Below are positions 1 to 13,410 of a DNA stretch of 64,000 bases, piece after piece. The translations under genes were made by a program, and so were the position numbers. How positions within the stretch are numbered: position 1 is the first letter of the stretch; every line of letters starts with the position of its first letter. Source of the stretch: Scyliorhinus canicula (taxonomy: Eukaryota); the NCBI RefSeq assembly GCF_902713615.1, contig NW_024055492.1, positions 186,001-250,000 of the forward strand, read 5' to 3'. The notes under the pieces are model-generated. The model had not been told where the DNA came from. It worked only from the letters and a program-made list of their open reading frames with translations, and did no database searches.

Positions 1-300
1 TTCTCAACCCAGGCCCATTACCTTCTAGAAGGAAAAGGCAGCTGACACATGGGACGATCACCACCTGGAAATTCCCCTCCAAATCACTCACTATCCTGAC
101 TTGGAAATATATTGCAGAATCTTTAGTGTCGCTGGTTCAAACGGCTAGAACTCCCTCCCTAACAACACCGTCGGTTTACCGACACCAGAGTGATTGCGGA
201 GGTTCAAATCGGTAGCACACCACCACTTTGTGAAAGACAATTAGCGATGGACAATAAATCATGGCCGTGCTAGCGACACCCGCACCATATAACTTAATTT
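1..300 (+). mobile_element. Decayed 3' end of a CR1/L2-type LINE (family 'B' in this window)
   Basis: Matches the LINE tails at ~40140-40460 and ~60170-60440 (…ttcccctccaa…cctgacttggaaatat…caattag(g/c)gatgg…caataaat). Confidence 0.6.
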
Positions 301-768
301 AAAATTGTACTAATCTTTTTGGAACGACGGTAATTGGTGAATTCAATTATTTATATTCATAATTGAATGAAGATTCATGAATATCATTACTATTTTTCTG
401 AACATTTATGACCGACGCCTTCTTTGATGGAAGATATAACCCATCCCACAGGAGATTGAAGATGCAAAATCATAATCAATATCTGAAAACAAAGTGGACA
501 GAGGAGACTGCAGCAACTATTGACATATCTCACTCATAGCAGCACTGGGAAGGCCGTTGCGAGCTTCACATTTTAAACACTTCATCTGCTTGCAGGCCGA
601 ATGTAGCTGGAAGCAAGGTGTGGTGTTTGTGTCGCAAGATTTACTCTGGGCGTGATCTGTTCCCTATACCACAAGTCTACCTCTTCAACTTGCTTTCATC
701 AACATCAATAAACATTCGACACTGTCATCAGAACAGGGACTATAAGATTTGGGGAAACTTGTCTGCCT

Positions 769-1109
769 TAGAACATAGAACAGTACAGCACAGAACAGGC
801 CCTTCGGCCCTCAATGTTGTGCCGAGCCATGATTACCCTACTCAAACCCACGTATCCACCCGATACCCAACAACCCCCCCCCCCCCTTTAACCTTACTTT
901 TTAGGACACTACGGGCAATTTAGCATGGTCAATCCACCTAACCCGCACATCTTTGGACTGTGGGAGGAAACCGGAGCACCCGGAGGAAACCCACGCACAC
1001 ACGGGGAGGACGTGCAGACTCCGCACAGACAGTGACCCAGCCGGGAATCGAACCTGGGACCCTGGAGCTGTGAAGCATTTATGCTAACCACCATGCTACC
1101 GTGCTGCCC
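769..1109 (-). mobile_element. HE1-like tRNA-derived V-SINE, full length, young
   Basis: Minus strand reads gggcagcacggtagcatggtggttagc…ggttcgattccc…ttctccc/ggtttcctccgggtgctccggtttcctcccacagtccaaagatgtg…, ending in a (gttctat)n tail. Near-identical to 44862-45218. Confidence 0.9.
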
Positions 1110-1149
1110 GGTAGCTCCTTCTAAAGCTTCCCTGTCTCATTCACTGCTT

Positions 1150-1735
1150 CCATTGCAAAATGCACTGCATTGTACAGATTGATGATTCCACTTCCGACAG
1201 ATTCCAAGTGAATGATTGAGTGAAAGAGGACCGTGTCATTGACCCAACTCTATTCGGGAGCTTCCTCTTCAAGCTGCTGATCTTCGCCTTCCCTGAAGAT
1301 ATGGATGAAATCCACGAGCACGCTCGGTCAGGCTGCAACCTCTACAACCTTTCAGTCATGAAAACTGAGACATAATCACAATGCATCCTCATCAGAGAAT
1401 TCCTCTAGGCTGAAAATTCGATCATCCAAACAAAACATCAGCTACAGAGACTCATGGACTCTGTCCCCAGTGCCTGTAACTTGTTCTTCCTTGCCATAAG
1501 CATGAGGAAAACAGTGGTCCTGGGACAAGGTGTTGCACTTTCGCCAATGGCCACATTAAATAAGAGCCGGTGAGCAGATTCTGCTCCCGAGTTTCCATGT
1601 TGAGAGACTGCCTTGACGCAGAACGTGATCCTGACATGGGGAAAGCAGGTACTACCTTTGTTTGACTCATTAAAATGTCCATGGAATAACATCAAGCTTT
1701 GGAACGAGCTGATGGTTTATAAGGCCTAAACTCTC
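1150..1735 (+). mobile_element. RTE-clade LINE reverse transcriptase fragment (pseudogenised)
   Basis: Frameshifted translation gives PTLFG.F…FAFPE, QLQRLMDS…ACNLF.L.IS.RKTVVLGQG, GKAGTTF, WNNIKL…LMVYKA, which are typical of RTE RT domains. Confidence 0.7.
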
Positions 1736-1753
1736 AGAACCTTAGGTCAACAA

Positions 1754-2088
1754 GGTAACACACTGGTTAGCACAGTTGCTTCACAGCTTCAGTGTTCCCG
1801 GTTCGATTTTCATCTTGGGTTACTGTTTGTGCGGAGTCTGCACGTTTTCCCCGTGTCTGCATGGGTTCCTCCGGGTGCTCCGGTTTCCTCCCACAGTCCA
1901 AAGATGTGCTGGATAGGGGGATTGGCTCTGCTAAATTGCCATTAGTATCCAACAAAGGTGAAATGGGATTACAGAAATAAGGTGGAGATGTGGGGATAGG
2001 ATGGAGGTATGGGTTAGGTAGGATGCTCTCTCCAAGGGACTTGATGGGCCGAATATCTCCTTCTGCACTGTAAGTTCTATGATTCTAT
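1754..2088 (+). mobile_element. HE1-like SINE
   Basis: tRNA-like head (tggttagcacagttgcttcacagc…ggttcgatt), V-SINE core gggtttcctccgggtgctccggtttcctcccacagtcc, ttctatg tail. Confidence 0.85.
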
Positions 2089-3429
2089 AAACCTTGTCGT
2101 ATGTCTGTGAAACAAGGAACACTTAGAGCTGTGAAGAAAAATAGCTCAAAAAATGTCATCTTTGTTGTCCGCAGTGCGTTATGGATATTTACTGGCAGGA
2201 CAAAATCAGAAATGCAGCAGTTCTCTCAAAGACAGAGCTTCCAAGTCCTTTCAAAACAATCAAAAAGAGGTGGTTTGCACGGTTCTAGTGTGGTCTCCAA
2301 ATGGAAGTTGGTCACATGACCAAGGAATTTCCACTTCGCGAAGCAGCCGGAGCCACGCATCCAGTGGGGAGCCAAATATTCCACTTCAAGGTTTCTTCAA
2401 GTGTGACATAATGTCCCTAAACCTAAATATTGAGCATCGAAATTCGTTGTCACCAGCAGCAAAATGAAAAAATAGGGACACTTCCGGTGGGCCGGTGTGA
2501 GCCACCTGGACCAGTGGATTTAGCAGCTTCGAAATAGACACAAACCGAGAATATGAACACCCAGAACGACAATTGGGAGATTCATGTGCAACACTTGCGT
2601 CAAAATCATTGGATATTTGTTGTGTATCTGTTGGAAGTAGACGGATGCCTGTGACCTGAGTGAAATCCAGTTGTACACAACACGATGTTGTTTCACACAA
2701 CGACACGCAAAAATTCGCTTTCGCACACCCACAGCGAAACACAGACACACACAGTCTCTCCCACAAGCATTCTGTCTGTCTTACACGCACATCCACATTT
2801 CCCCTTTCAATTTAAGATCCCATCTTAACTTCCTTGGAGTCTTTGGAGCCATTGGCCCCAACCGTCTTTCAGCTGGTATAATGAAGCAACAAAATCGCCC
2901 CAACATCATGTACGTTAAGGTGAATGTTAAATTTCCCATGGACTCCATACAGGTCCCAGGAAACACTCATCCATTTAACAAACATGAACAAAAACGCGCG
3001 ACCAGGGATTGAGCCGCTTTGCTCTGGCACTGACCTCACTGCGCAAGAATCAGCCACCAACACCTGCAATGAGTTAAACCTTAGATTATAGCAGCTCCGC
3101 AGAAGGCGATGTGATATTACATTTGTGGAAATGAATTATTGACCCATCAACATCATGGATCATACCTGACAGCAATATTTTCACAGTAACTGCAATTGCA
3201 AAGTTTGGCCAGCAGATGGAATTTAAATCGAGATGCTTTACATTACATGAAGTAGACATTGCCTCAATAATTACTGCACTAATCCCTGTCTCTGTTAATT
3301 TTAAATTGGGCTCCATCTGTTTTATTTTAGACTCTGTCTCTGTTTACATTACACGGCACTCTGTTTCAATTAACACTGCACTAGTACATGTCAATGTTTA
3401 TATCACACAATCACTGTGATCCTATTTTT

Positions 3430-4870
3430 AATGGATAGGATCTACCTTTGCAGTTCACCAACATCCAGTCCTGAATAGTAATGAACAATTAAACAAATAG
3501 CCGGATCAGGAGCCTCAATAAAATTCCCCTCTTCAATGATGGGGGAGCCCAAGCACTATCAGTGCAAAAAAACAAGGCTGAAAGTTCCTGCCAGAGGTGC
3601 CGAGAGGATGATCCATCTCGGCCTCATCCAGTGGTCTGCATCATCATGGATGTCAGTCTTCAGGAAATTAGATCCCTCCACACGATATCAAGAAATGGCT
3701 GACAGCGCTGCAAACGTTATTAGACCTGGCAACATTATATCAACAATTCTAATGATTTGTGCTCCAGAACTGGCTGGGCCCCAGGCAACTTGCTCCAGTG
3801 CAGATACAGCACTGACTTGTACCCAACAATGTGTAACATTGCCAAACATGACCCTTTCACAAAACGCAGGATAAATCCAACCCAGCCAATTATTTCCCGA
3901 TCAGTCCGCCTTTGATCCATCAGGAACTTTATAAAAAGTGTCAAGGATCATCCAGTAACGTATAGTGTCCTGGGATAGTGCCCCCGGCCCTAGCTTAACC
4001 CTTCATCATAAGGTCAGAAGTGAGGATGTTCGCTGATGATTACCCAATGTTCTGCACCATATTCAACTCCTCAAATACTGAAGTAGTTTGTCTTCAAGTG
4101 CAGCAAACTTGGACAACATTCAGGCTTAGGCTGACAAGTGTCGGGCAATGACCATCCCAAAAGCGAGATTCTAACCGTCTCTCCTAGATTTAAAATTATA
4201 CTACCGAGATTGAATTCCCCCAATATCTATATCCTCGGAATTATCATTGCTCAAAAACTGAACATTTAAAAAATATGGCTACAAGAGCAGGTCAGTGGCT
4301 GGAACTTCTGCGGTGAGTAACTCACCTCGCGACTTCCCAACCTCTATTCATCATCTATACGGCTGAAGTCAGGAGTTTGACTGAATATTCTCCATTGGTC
4401 TCACGTGTGCCCCTCAAGCAATACGTGAGATCTCGACGCCATCCAGAGCAGAGCAGACGGCTCGACGAACACCCCATCCACCAACTTCAACATTCTCTCC
4501 CTGCATCACGGGTGCACAATTCTAGTAGATTGAGCGACGCACAAGGATCTAATGCAGCAACTGCCTCCTTCTATAGCACCTTCCAACACAGCAACTCAGC
4601 CGCCTAAAAGGACCAGGCCCGGCAGATGCATTGTAACAGCAGGACCTGCAAGATACCCACCAGGCCACCACCACCTTGATGCGAACTATGTCTCTGTTCC
4701 TTCACTGTCCCTGGTCAAAATCCTGGAACTCCCTTCCTGTCAGCTCTGTGGGTGTACATACTCAGTATGGAGTGCAATGGTTTATAAGCGGGCTCAGCAC
4801 CACATTCTCAAGGGAAATGAGGAATTGACAGCAAATGTTGACGTTACTGGCAGACTCAAGATACCATTAA
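3430..4870 (+). mobile_element. Decayed CR1/L2-type LINE (family B), RT and 3' region
   Basis: atgttcgctgatgat (MFADD) at 4026 and collinear similarity to 38500-40470 and 57900-60440. Confidence 0.7.
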
Positions 4871-5412
4871 ATCATTTTAAACATATCATTTTCTGCTTAC
4901 ATTCACCTTGCCCCCGCCTCTGTTTACATTACACTCAGCCATGTCTCGAGCACATTGCAGCAGGTCCTGTCTCAGTTTTCCTGCACTCGGCTGAATATCA
5001 GTAATTAAAGATCCGGGGCCCACACCCTGTTTATATTACAAATCCGTAATTATGACGCACTGACCCATGTCTTGGTTAGTCTAGTAAGAAACACGTCACA
5101 ATAGTTACAGCATCAGAACGTTTTTCTGTGCATCGTAACTGGAACAACATTCTGTTTGCATCACAAGTTGTTCGATCTCAGTTATTACTCCACTAGATAG
5201 TTAAATTCCAATAAACTCAATCCTGCTTTAGTTAATGCCACACATGTGCATGCCCCTGTTTATATAATACTAGGCCCTGCCTCTGTTATTCTTGGATTGT
5301 ACGATATCCCTCTTATTGCTGCATTGATCATGTCCCAATTTGTATCAATCTGCATTCCGCTGGACCAGAATTCAGTTGATATTGCACTAGGCCCAGCCTC
5401 TGCTTATGCCTT

Positions 5413-5714
5413 CGGCGGAGGGTGGCGCAGTGGGGAGCACTGCTGCCTCATAGCGCCGGTGTTCAATTCCTGACTGTTTGCGTGGAGTTTTTACTTTCCC
5501 CCTGTGTCTGAGTGGCTTTCCTCCAGGTGCTCCGGTTTCCTCCCATAGTCCAAATATGTACAGGTTAGGTGGATTGGCCATTCGAAATTGCCCCTCGGTG
5601 TCCAAGGATGCATAGGTCATGGTGCAAGGGTGGGGGATTGGGGAGGATGATATTTCAGAGGTTGGTGCAGATGCAATGGGCCGAGTGGCCTTCTGCCTTG
5701 TAGGGATTCTATAT
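5413..5714 (+). mobile_element. HE1-like SINE
   Basis: ggcggagggtggcgcagtgg head, V-SINE core, attctat tail. Confidence 0.8.
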
Positions 5715-6959
5715 TTGATCCTGAATCTGCCTACTTTTTCCGAGACCTGCGCATTTTTATTAATGCACTGAATGATGCCGCTGCTTTTAACTGTGCTTTA
5801 TTGCAGATGTCTTTGAGATGGAAAGCTAATACAATAATACATATTTTGGACGATAAATCAGTATATGGTAACAACCTGCAACGGATGTATAGTGTATACA
5901 GTGTATGCTATGCAGCATTTGATATACATTTTCAGTGCAGTCAGCAGAATTAAATTTAAGATATCATTTCTTCTTTGCTGATGCCCAAGACCAATTCCTA
6001 CCCCAGAGAGTTGTATATGTAGGAGGATGCAGAGTATTGTGTTTCCATGTGCTTGTTGTCCTTGTGATTCTCGGAGGTCTCGGGTATGGAAGGTGCTGTT
6101 GAAGAAAATTGGCGAGTTGCTGCAGTGCATCCCGTCGATGTTACACAATACAGCTGCTGTGTGCCTGCTGTGAAGAGAATGAAGTTGCTGTAACATTAGC
6201 TTCTGTCTCAGTTATTTATTTAATTGTCCTTTGTTTCTGTTACACAATTACAACTATTCCATTCCCTTAGTTTATTACATTAGGCCCAGGCAAGAGAAGT
6301 TCAGCTGTACAATTTGAAGTGGCTGCAAGAAGATCAGAGATCTGTGGTTGTACGTACACACATCTAAGGTGCTGACAAGACAGAGTATGACGTTTATCTG
6401 GACATAGATCAGCATTGCTTGCTGAAGAATTTTAGACTATCACTTTTCCCTCAGTTTTTTTTAAATCTTCACAATTTTCACCTCAGCTATTTTCCAAATT
6501 ATTGTGCATGGTCTACCGCAGCAATTACTGAGGCCGGGTAATATGAAGAGACATGGCCCGGCGCAGAATTGAGGCTGTATCTAATGTAATACAAACAGAG
6601 ACAGGTTTAAATGACTAGAAACAGAGTCAGGTGTAGGTTAATGTAAAGAGAGACAAACAGGGTCCCTAAGTCCAAAAGGTGGAGGAGTGGAATTAGGCCA
6701 TTCGACTCATCGCAACTGCTCTGCCATTAAATCATGGCCAATATGTTCCTAATCCCCATTCTCCTCCCTTCTCCCAATAACTCCTGAATGCCTCGTTGAT
6801 CAAGACATGTCCTCTAATTTGTGGCCTAGTTTAATATGAACAAAGATAAATAGGCCCTTATTTAATATAAACTGACAAAGGTACAAGATAGTATAACATA
6901 AACAGAGATGGGCTCACGGCCTGGTACAATACAGCGGCAGGGCCTAGTGTCACTTCAAA

Positions 6960-7500
6960 TACTAGCAGGACAGGGGCATCACAGGTTGGAGACAAAGAGA
7001 AACTCCCTGACACTGTCCCCAGCAAATATTCTCAGAGCAGCTGCAGATTGTTTTGATATAGAATGAAATTCCCTCTACATAACTCGCTCAAACGCATTAA
7101 AGGCCGAAAAACCAAAGGTTCTGTATCAGGTAAAACCTCTTCTGCCCTCTTCCTTCAGAGATCTCCAAGACAGGTTGACAGTGGGGTTAGTTACTGGGTA
7201 AAGAAACCTCTGCATTTTCCCATCAAACTCACCCAGGTCAGGTACAGCACTGTTCAGATACGGAGTAAATCTCCCTATGCACAGTGATATCAAACACTCG
7301 CAGGGCAGGTTCAGTGCAGGTTACATGCAAGTAAACTTTCTCTACACTCTTCAGTCAAATGCTCCAAGGTCTCGGCAGCTGTATAAAGTGCAAGGCAAGA
7401 TTCTTCGGCCCTGCCACATCAAATCCTCAACCACCATGTGCAGCCCAGATCAGATATAGAGGAAACTTGTCTCTACGGTTCTCATTAAACACTCCAAGAT
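6960..7500 (+). repeat. Decayed ~65-bp tandem repeat (acactcccagggcaggtacagca…gatacagagtaaa-type)
   Basis: Recurring motifs caaacactc.cag.gcagg / gagtaaa.ctccct / ctctacact. A related array lies at 22330-22830. Confidence 0.55.
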
Positions 7501-7607
7501 CATTGAATACTCCAACCTCATTTTAGCGTAAAACTTCCTCGCCGGATTCCAATACATTGGATTCGGTGCATTTAGTTGGAAGCCAACGGGGTGAGTTCAG
7601 GCTGAGA

Positions 7608-7740
7608 GGGCTGGTTTAGCTCAGTGGGCTAGACAGCTGGTTTGTGATGCAGAACAAGACCAGCAGCGCGGGTCCAATTCCCGTTCCAGCTTACTGGAAC
7701 AGGCGCCAGAATGTGGCGACACGGGGCTTTTCACAGTAAA
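7608..7740 (+). mobile_element. Short tRNA-derived SINE (gggctggtttagctca…gaacaggcgcc…gtggcgac…ttttcacagtaa family)
   Basis: A/B-box-like head with the same tail as 13237-13410 and 62895-63000. Absent from duplication copy 2. Confidence 0.75.
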
Positions 7741-9685
7741 ATTGTTATTATTGTTGGCCACATGTCGATTAAAGACAATGACCCTTCGTGGAGAGACATG
7801 AGATAGAACCAGATATGAGAAAACCATAGAGAGAGATAGGATACAGGAAAATTCTACAAACACACTTGGCATGCTCTTATATTTAGAGATTAGAGGGGAT
7901 CTTTCCTAATTATGAACATGGATATCATAATGACATTTTTCTCATATAACTGATTAATAAAAAAATGTCGAAAAACAAACACTACTGGAATCCGTTGATC
8001 TATTTCCATCTTTGGCTCTATTTTTGTGCTGTGTTGGTGGGGAAACGTTTGTTTCTCTTTTCTCAGTCCGCAATCTGATCTGGAACTTCTATCTCTGTGT
8101 TTATTTACATAAACACTTCACTGGTCACAATGAAATGTTCATGTCAGCAAAACGAGATAAACACATTCACATATTGATCAGTTTTACCTCAAAATAGCGG
8201 TTTATTTTAGGAATATTGACAGTTGGTTAAAATGAATAGAAACTTCCATAAGGACAGATGTTACTTAATTGAAATGAAAAAATACTTTAAATTAAGTATT
8301 CATTCTGAAAGTTCTGATGCCTCAATTAATAAAGCATCTTTAACCAGCTACTTTTCCACTGAATGTTAATTTGATTGAAATATTAACCGATTTAAAGTAG
8401 ATAGATTCAAACATCAGGCAGAGGAGTGATCTATAGTCACATTAATCTCTGATCAGTCGACATATTACAACTTGCATTTTTAAATGTTAACATTTGGAAA
8501 GGGATTGCTTTTGTAAAACGCTTTACCCGACCTCAGGTCATCCCAACGCCCTTAAAACTCACTGATATATTTTTGCTGAATTTAGTCACTGCTGTAATGT
8601 TGAAAACAGAGCAGGGCATTTGTGCACAGCAAGCTCCCACAAATGGAGATGGGATAAGTGACCAGCTAATCTGTGATTTTAGACGAAGAACGGACATTGG
8701 TTCAAGATACTGGGAAAAGCAGCTCTGCTCTTTAGAATTATATCAGTGAGGTAATCCATCTGAACTGTGAATCTGTTTCTCTCTCTGCTGATGCCCACTG
8801 TCCTGCTCCTCAGTCTTTTTTGTTGTTTTTGTTTTAGATTTCCAGAATCTGCAGCACTTTACACAGTTTTGGATTCATTCTCGCCATATAGCCATCATTA
8901 ACTGTCCATCCTTAGAAGCCGAATGTGAGCCACGTTTTTGATGAGGTGCACTTCGAGCGATTTTATTCACATTTGACTTTCAGTAGCAGCTTCCCTTCAA
9001 CTGACTTGCTTGCTCGGCAATATTAAAGATAGTTAATAGTCAACCACATTATTGCTGAACTAGAGTCACATAGGGGCCAGACAGAGTAAGGAATGAAGCT
9101 TTCTTCTCCTGAAGGACGTTGGTGAACCTGCTGGGCGTTGCGAAATTTCGATAGCTTCATAAGTATTGTAAATGACGCGACGATTTTTGTCTGATTGATT
9201 AAGTCATTCAATTAAAAGTCTCTACAGCTGCCACCATAAGATTTGGAGCAGAACTTGGCCATTCGGCCCATGGAATATGATCTGCCATTCAAAGAGATCG
9301 TGGCAAATCTGGTAAAATCCTCAACTCCACACTTCCACTTTATTCCCATAACCCTTGATTCCCTTACTGATGAAAAATCTGTCTGTCTCAGCCTTGAACA
9401 TATTTATTGACCAGGTGAACTCTCTACGGCAAAGAATTCTATAGAATCACTACGCTCTGAGAGAAGAAATTCCTCCTCATCCTCGTCTGAAATGAGTGGC
9501 ACCTTACTCTGAGATTGTGGCCTATGGTGCTAGATTCTCCCAAAAGTGGGAACAACCTCGAGCATCTACATTGTCAAGCCCGCTGAGAATACTATATATC
9601 TCAGTAACTTCGCCTCTCATTCTTCCAAACTCCAATTCGTGTAGGCCTAACCGACTTAAGCCCTCCCCATGTCAGTCTCTGTGGT

Positions 9686-9890
9686 CACAGTAAGACGTCT
9701 TACAGCACCAGGTTAAAGTCCAACAGGTTTGTTTCAAACACTAGCTTTCGGTGCACTGCTCCTTCCTCAGGTGGGAGCAGTGCTCAGAAAGCTAGTGTTT
9801 GAAACAAACCTGTTGGACTTTAACCTGGTGTTGTAAGACTTCTGACTGTGCACACCGCAGTCCAACGCCGGCATTTCCACATCATGGCCA
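9686..9890. mobile_element. Non-autonomous Penelope-derived fold-back element (205 bp) with 13-bp TSD
   Basis: ~77-bp inverted arms at 9686-9762 and 9774-9850. TSD cagtctctgtggt at 9673-9685 and 9891-9903; single empty site at 15031-15043. Sequence matches the PLE terminus at 24300-24425. Confidence 0.9.
9739..9773 (-). ncRNA. Minimal type I hammerhead ribozyme motif
   Basis: Minus strand reads CAC-CTGAGGA-A-GGAGC.AGT.GCACC-GAAA-G-CT-A-GTG. It has the CUGANGA and GAAA cores, stem II with one mismatch, palindromic AGCU stem III, a CUA cleavage triplet and a 3-bp stem I. Confidence 0.7.
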
Positions 9891-11565
9891 CAGTCTCTGT
9901 GGTGCAATTGGTCAGCGTGTTTGGCTATTTACCGCAAGGTCTGCGTTTCAAGGCCGGATTCTTCTTTATTTGCTGACAGGTAGAGTAACGATGGGCCGAG
10001 GAGCCTCTTCCTGTGCTATTAAATGCTACCTACCTTTGAAAATCCCTCCACACTCTGGATTTACCGAAAGAACCTTCTCTGGACTGCCTCCAAAATATCT
10101 ATCCTTATATAAGGAGACCAAAACTGTTCACAACATTACAATGTGCCCTGGTGGAATTTGTACTCCTGTGTATGGAGTATTAGTTCAGGCCCCCAGATTA
10201 CCCGTTTTGTAATAATATTGCGAGACTATCCAGAAGACTGTAATATCCCGGCATCAAAAAGATGTAACAATTGAACGTTAAACACTCCTTCTGCATTGGA
10301 TCACAGGCTGGATCATGTGCTCAGTATCTGTTGTGGGAGGTGATAGTGATTCCACTGAGACATCATCATGGTTTGCATTTTAACATTCTGAAATGTTGTT
10401 CGGTGAATCTAAAGTTCAAACTATGGGCCCAGTCTTACATGGGTCAATTTAATTTTCCGAGGCTGGTCTTTTACTAGTCTTGGGTCTTATTCTGACACGA
10501 TGGGGTGATAGGGAATTCCACTGGCTCCATGTAAAATATCAGTTATTCCAAAAATAGCACACCAGGGTCAGTTTCTGTTTTGTATCACACCGAACGATGT
10601 TCCTGTTGCCTGTCACGATATTATAAATGTTTTTTTTTTTTGCTTATTTGTACAAGTATAATCATTGTTGATTTGGAGATTATATTAATTTTTGTTAATT
10701 CTAACAAGCAGTTCTATGAAATTTGTATTTGTCTCTGCTATCATGTGGGTAATATTGAGTTTATTATTTTACCAACGTCCCAGTAATGAACTGGGCTTGA
10801 GGGACAGGCCTAGACGTGAACATGGCTGCACTGCAGTTTCGAAAAGTTAATGGAAATCTCTGTTTTGTTCAAAATGATGAATTTACTCTTGTATTACACT
10901 CTATCCATTGGAAAGTTGTTTTCGTGGTGAGGATTCTTTTCCTGCCTCGTTTTATATTTACCAATCACCTGATATACTGGCGGTGTTAGACAGAACAGTG
11001 CTCTAACAGAATCACCAGATTTGGCACCCACAGGATAAATATCCACCCAATCGTAGAACTCTCATCTGGTTAAGAAGAGCAAGTGAATTCACCGCAAACG
11101 GGTATTGGCCGTTCGTGTAGGTGTGTATATAAAATATTGTTCTTGAGTTTTGCAACTGTAATTGATCAAGACGTAATGTTATGTTCAGAATTAATTGTTT
11201 CGCTTTGCGGTGTCTTCATGCGTCTCGGCCCTAAGCTCTGGTATTCATTCCCTACTCCTCTTTACCTCAATTCCCTTATTAAAATCATCTCATATAACAT
11301 GCCTCGTCGACCAAGTTTTTACTCATCTGACCTAATAAGCCTTTACACATATATTAATCCAGACCCTGCAGCAGGAATGACTGCACTATACCATGCCTCA
11401 GTTTATAATACTCTCGACCCTGAATCAATAATCCCTGCTTTATATTCTATATCATTTAAGGGTAATCAACCTTTGTATCATAATTTCTGCACTAGAACCT
11501 GTTTGGGTTTCTGTTAGTCTAGATCCTGCATCTGTAATCACTGCACTAGATCCAATCTCAGTAGC

Positions 11566-11812
11566 ACTGTTGCTTCACAGCGCCAGAGTCCCAAGAGTGC
11601 AGAGTCTGCACCTTCGCCCCGTGTCTGCGTGGGTTTCCATCGGGTGCTCCGGTTTCCCACCACAAGTCCCGAAAGATGTGCTGTTCGGTAATTTGGACAT
11701 TCTGAATTCTCCCTCTGTGTACCCAAACAGGCGCCAGAGTGTGGCGACTGGGATCTTTTCATAGTGACTTAATTGCAGTGCTTATGTCAGCTACCTTGTG
11801 ACACATATTATT
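11566..11812 (+). mobile_element. HE1-related SINE with alternative tail
   Basis: V-SINE core followed by a …aaacaggcgccagagtgtggcgact…attattag tail. A similar copy lies at 29462-29763. Confidence 0.75.
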
Positions 11813-13236
11813 AGATTACTTTAGGGTAATCTCCATTCTATATGAGTGATAATTGTTTTAGACCTTGACATGGAGTCATGGAGAGTTAGCGGTTTACAAT
11901 AGAGAAAGATGCCCTTTACTCACCATATCTGCCATATCTATTCTAAGATCGTCCATAGATTGTCTTCCTACCATAAAACCAAATGACACAGCAGCAGAAT
12001 TCGACGATTAGGCCAATCGAGTGTGCTCCACATTGAATCATGACTGTTATGTTTCTAAAAGCCTATCTCCTGCCTTCTCGCCATAACCCCTGATCCCCTC
12101 ATTAATCAAGATATAGGGAAAGATCCTTCGGCAATGCCACATCAAATCCTCACCACCCTGTTCAGCTCAGGTTAGACACAGGGTAAGTGTTTCTCCACAG
12201 TTCTCATTAAACACTACAGGGTAATTGAATGCTCCAATCACATTTTAGAGTAAAACTCCGTCTACGTATTCCAATTCATTGCGCTGAGAGATTATATTTG
12301 GCACATGTTGATTTTATGTTGTTGATTGAAGGCAATGACCCATCGTGGAGAGACATGAGACAGAACCAGTTAGGAAAAAGGGACAGATATCAGATACAGG
12401 AGAACTGGAAAACTCTGCAAATACATTTTGCATGTCATTATATTTCGAGATTAGAAGGAATCTTTCCTAATTCTGAACATGGATATCATGATGACATTTG
12501 TCTCATATAATTGATGAAGAAACAAATGTCAAAAACAACCATTACTGGAATCCGTTGATCTATTTGCGTCTTTGCCTCTATTTCTGTGCTGTATCGGTGG
12601 GGAAATAGTTGCTGTGCTTTTGTCAGTGTATAATCTAATCTGAGACTTCTATTTCTGTATTTATTTACATAAACACCTCACTGGTTACAACGAAGTGTTC
12701 GTATCAGCAAAACAAGATAAACACAGTCATTTATTGATTAGGTTCAACTCAAAATAGCGGTTTATTTTAAGAATACTGACAGTTGGTTGAAATGTATAGA
12801 AACATCCATTAGAACAGATGTTACTTAATTGAAATGAAAAAATAAATTAAGTATTAATTCTGAAAGTTCTGATGCCTCAATCAATAAATCATCTTTAACC
12901 AGGCTGTTATTCCACGGAATATTAATTTAATTGAAACATTAACCGAATTAAAGGAGATAAATTAAAACATCAGGCAGAGGAGTGACCCATAGTCACATTA
13001 ATCTCAGATCTTTCAACATATTACAACCTGCCTTTTAAAATGTTAACATTTGGAAAGAGCTTTACCCGACCTCAGGTCATCCCAACGCCCTTAAAACTCA
13101 CTGATGTATTTTAGTTGAATTTAGTCAGTGCTGTAATGTTGGAAACGGAGCAAAGAATTTGTGCACAGCAAGCTCCCACAAACTGAGATGTGATAAGTGA
13201 CCAGCTAATCTGTGATTTATGTTCAAGAACGGACAT

Positions 13237-13410
13237 TGAAATGAAAAATGAAAATCGCTTATTGTGACGAGTAGGCTTCAATGAAGTTACTGTGAAAAGC
13301 CCCTAGTCGCCACATTCCGGTTGTCCGGGGAGGATGGTACAGGAATCGAACCGTGCTGCTGGCCTGCTTGAAAAGCCAGCGATTTAGCTCAGTGAGCTAA
13401 ACCAGCCCCT
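13237..13410 (-). mobile_element. Short tRNA-derived SINE, full length
   Basis: Minus strand: aggggctggtttagctcactgagctaaatcgc…aagcgattttcatttttcatttca. Absent from copy 1 at ~8699. Confidence 0.8.

Larger units (their letters stand above)
7398..12109 (+). repeat. Tandem segmental duplication, copy 1
   Basis: Collinear with 12121-17863 (initial offset 4723 bp). For example, the 60-bp rows starting at 7981 and 12541 differ at 7 positions. Confidence 0.9.
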
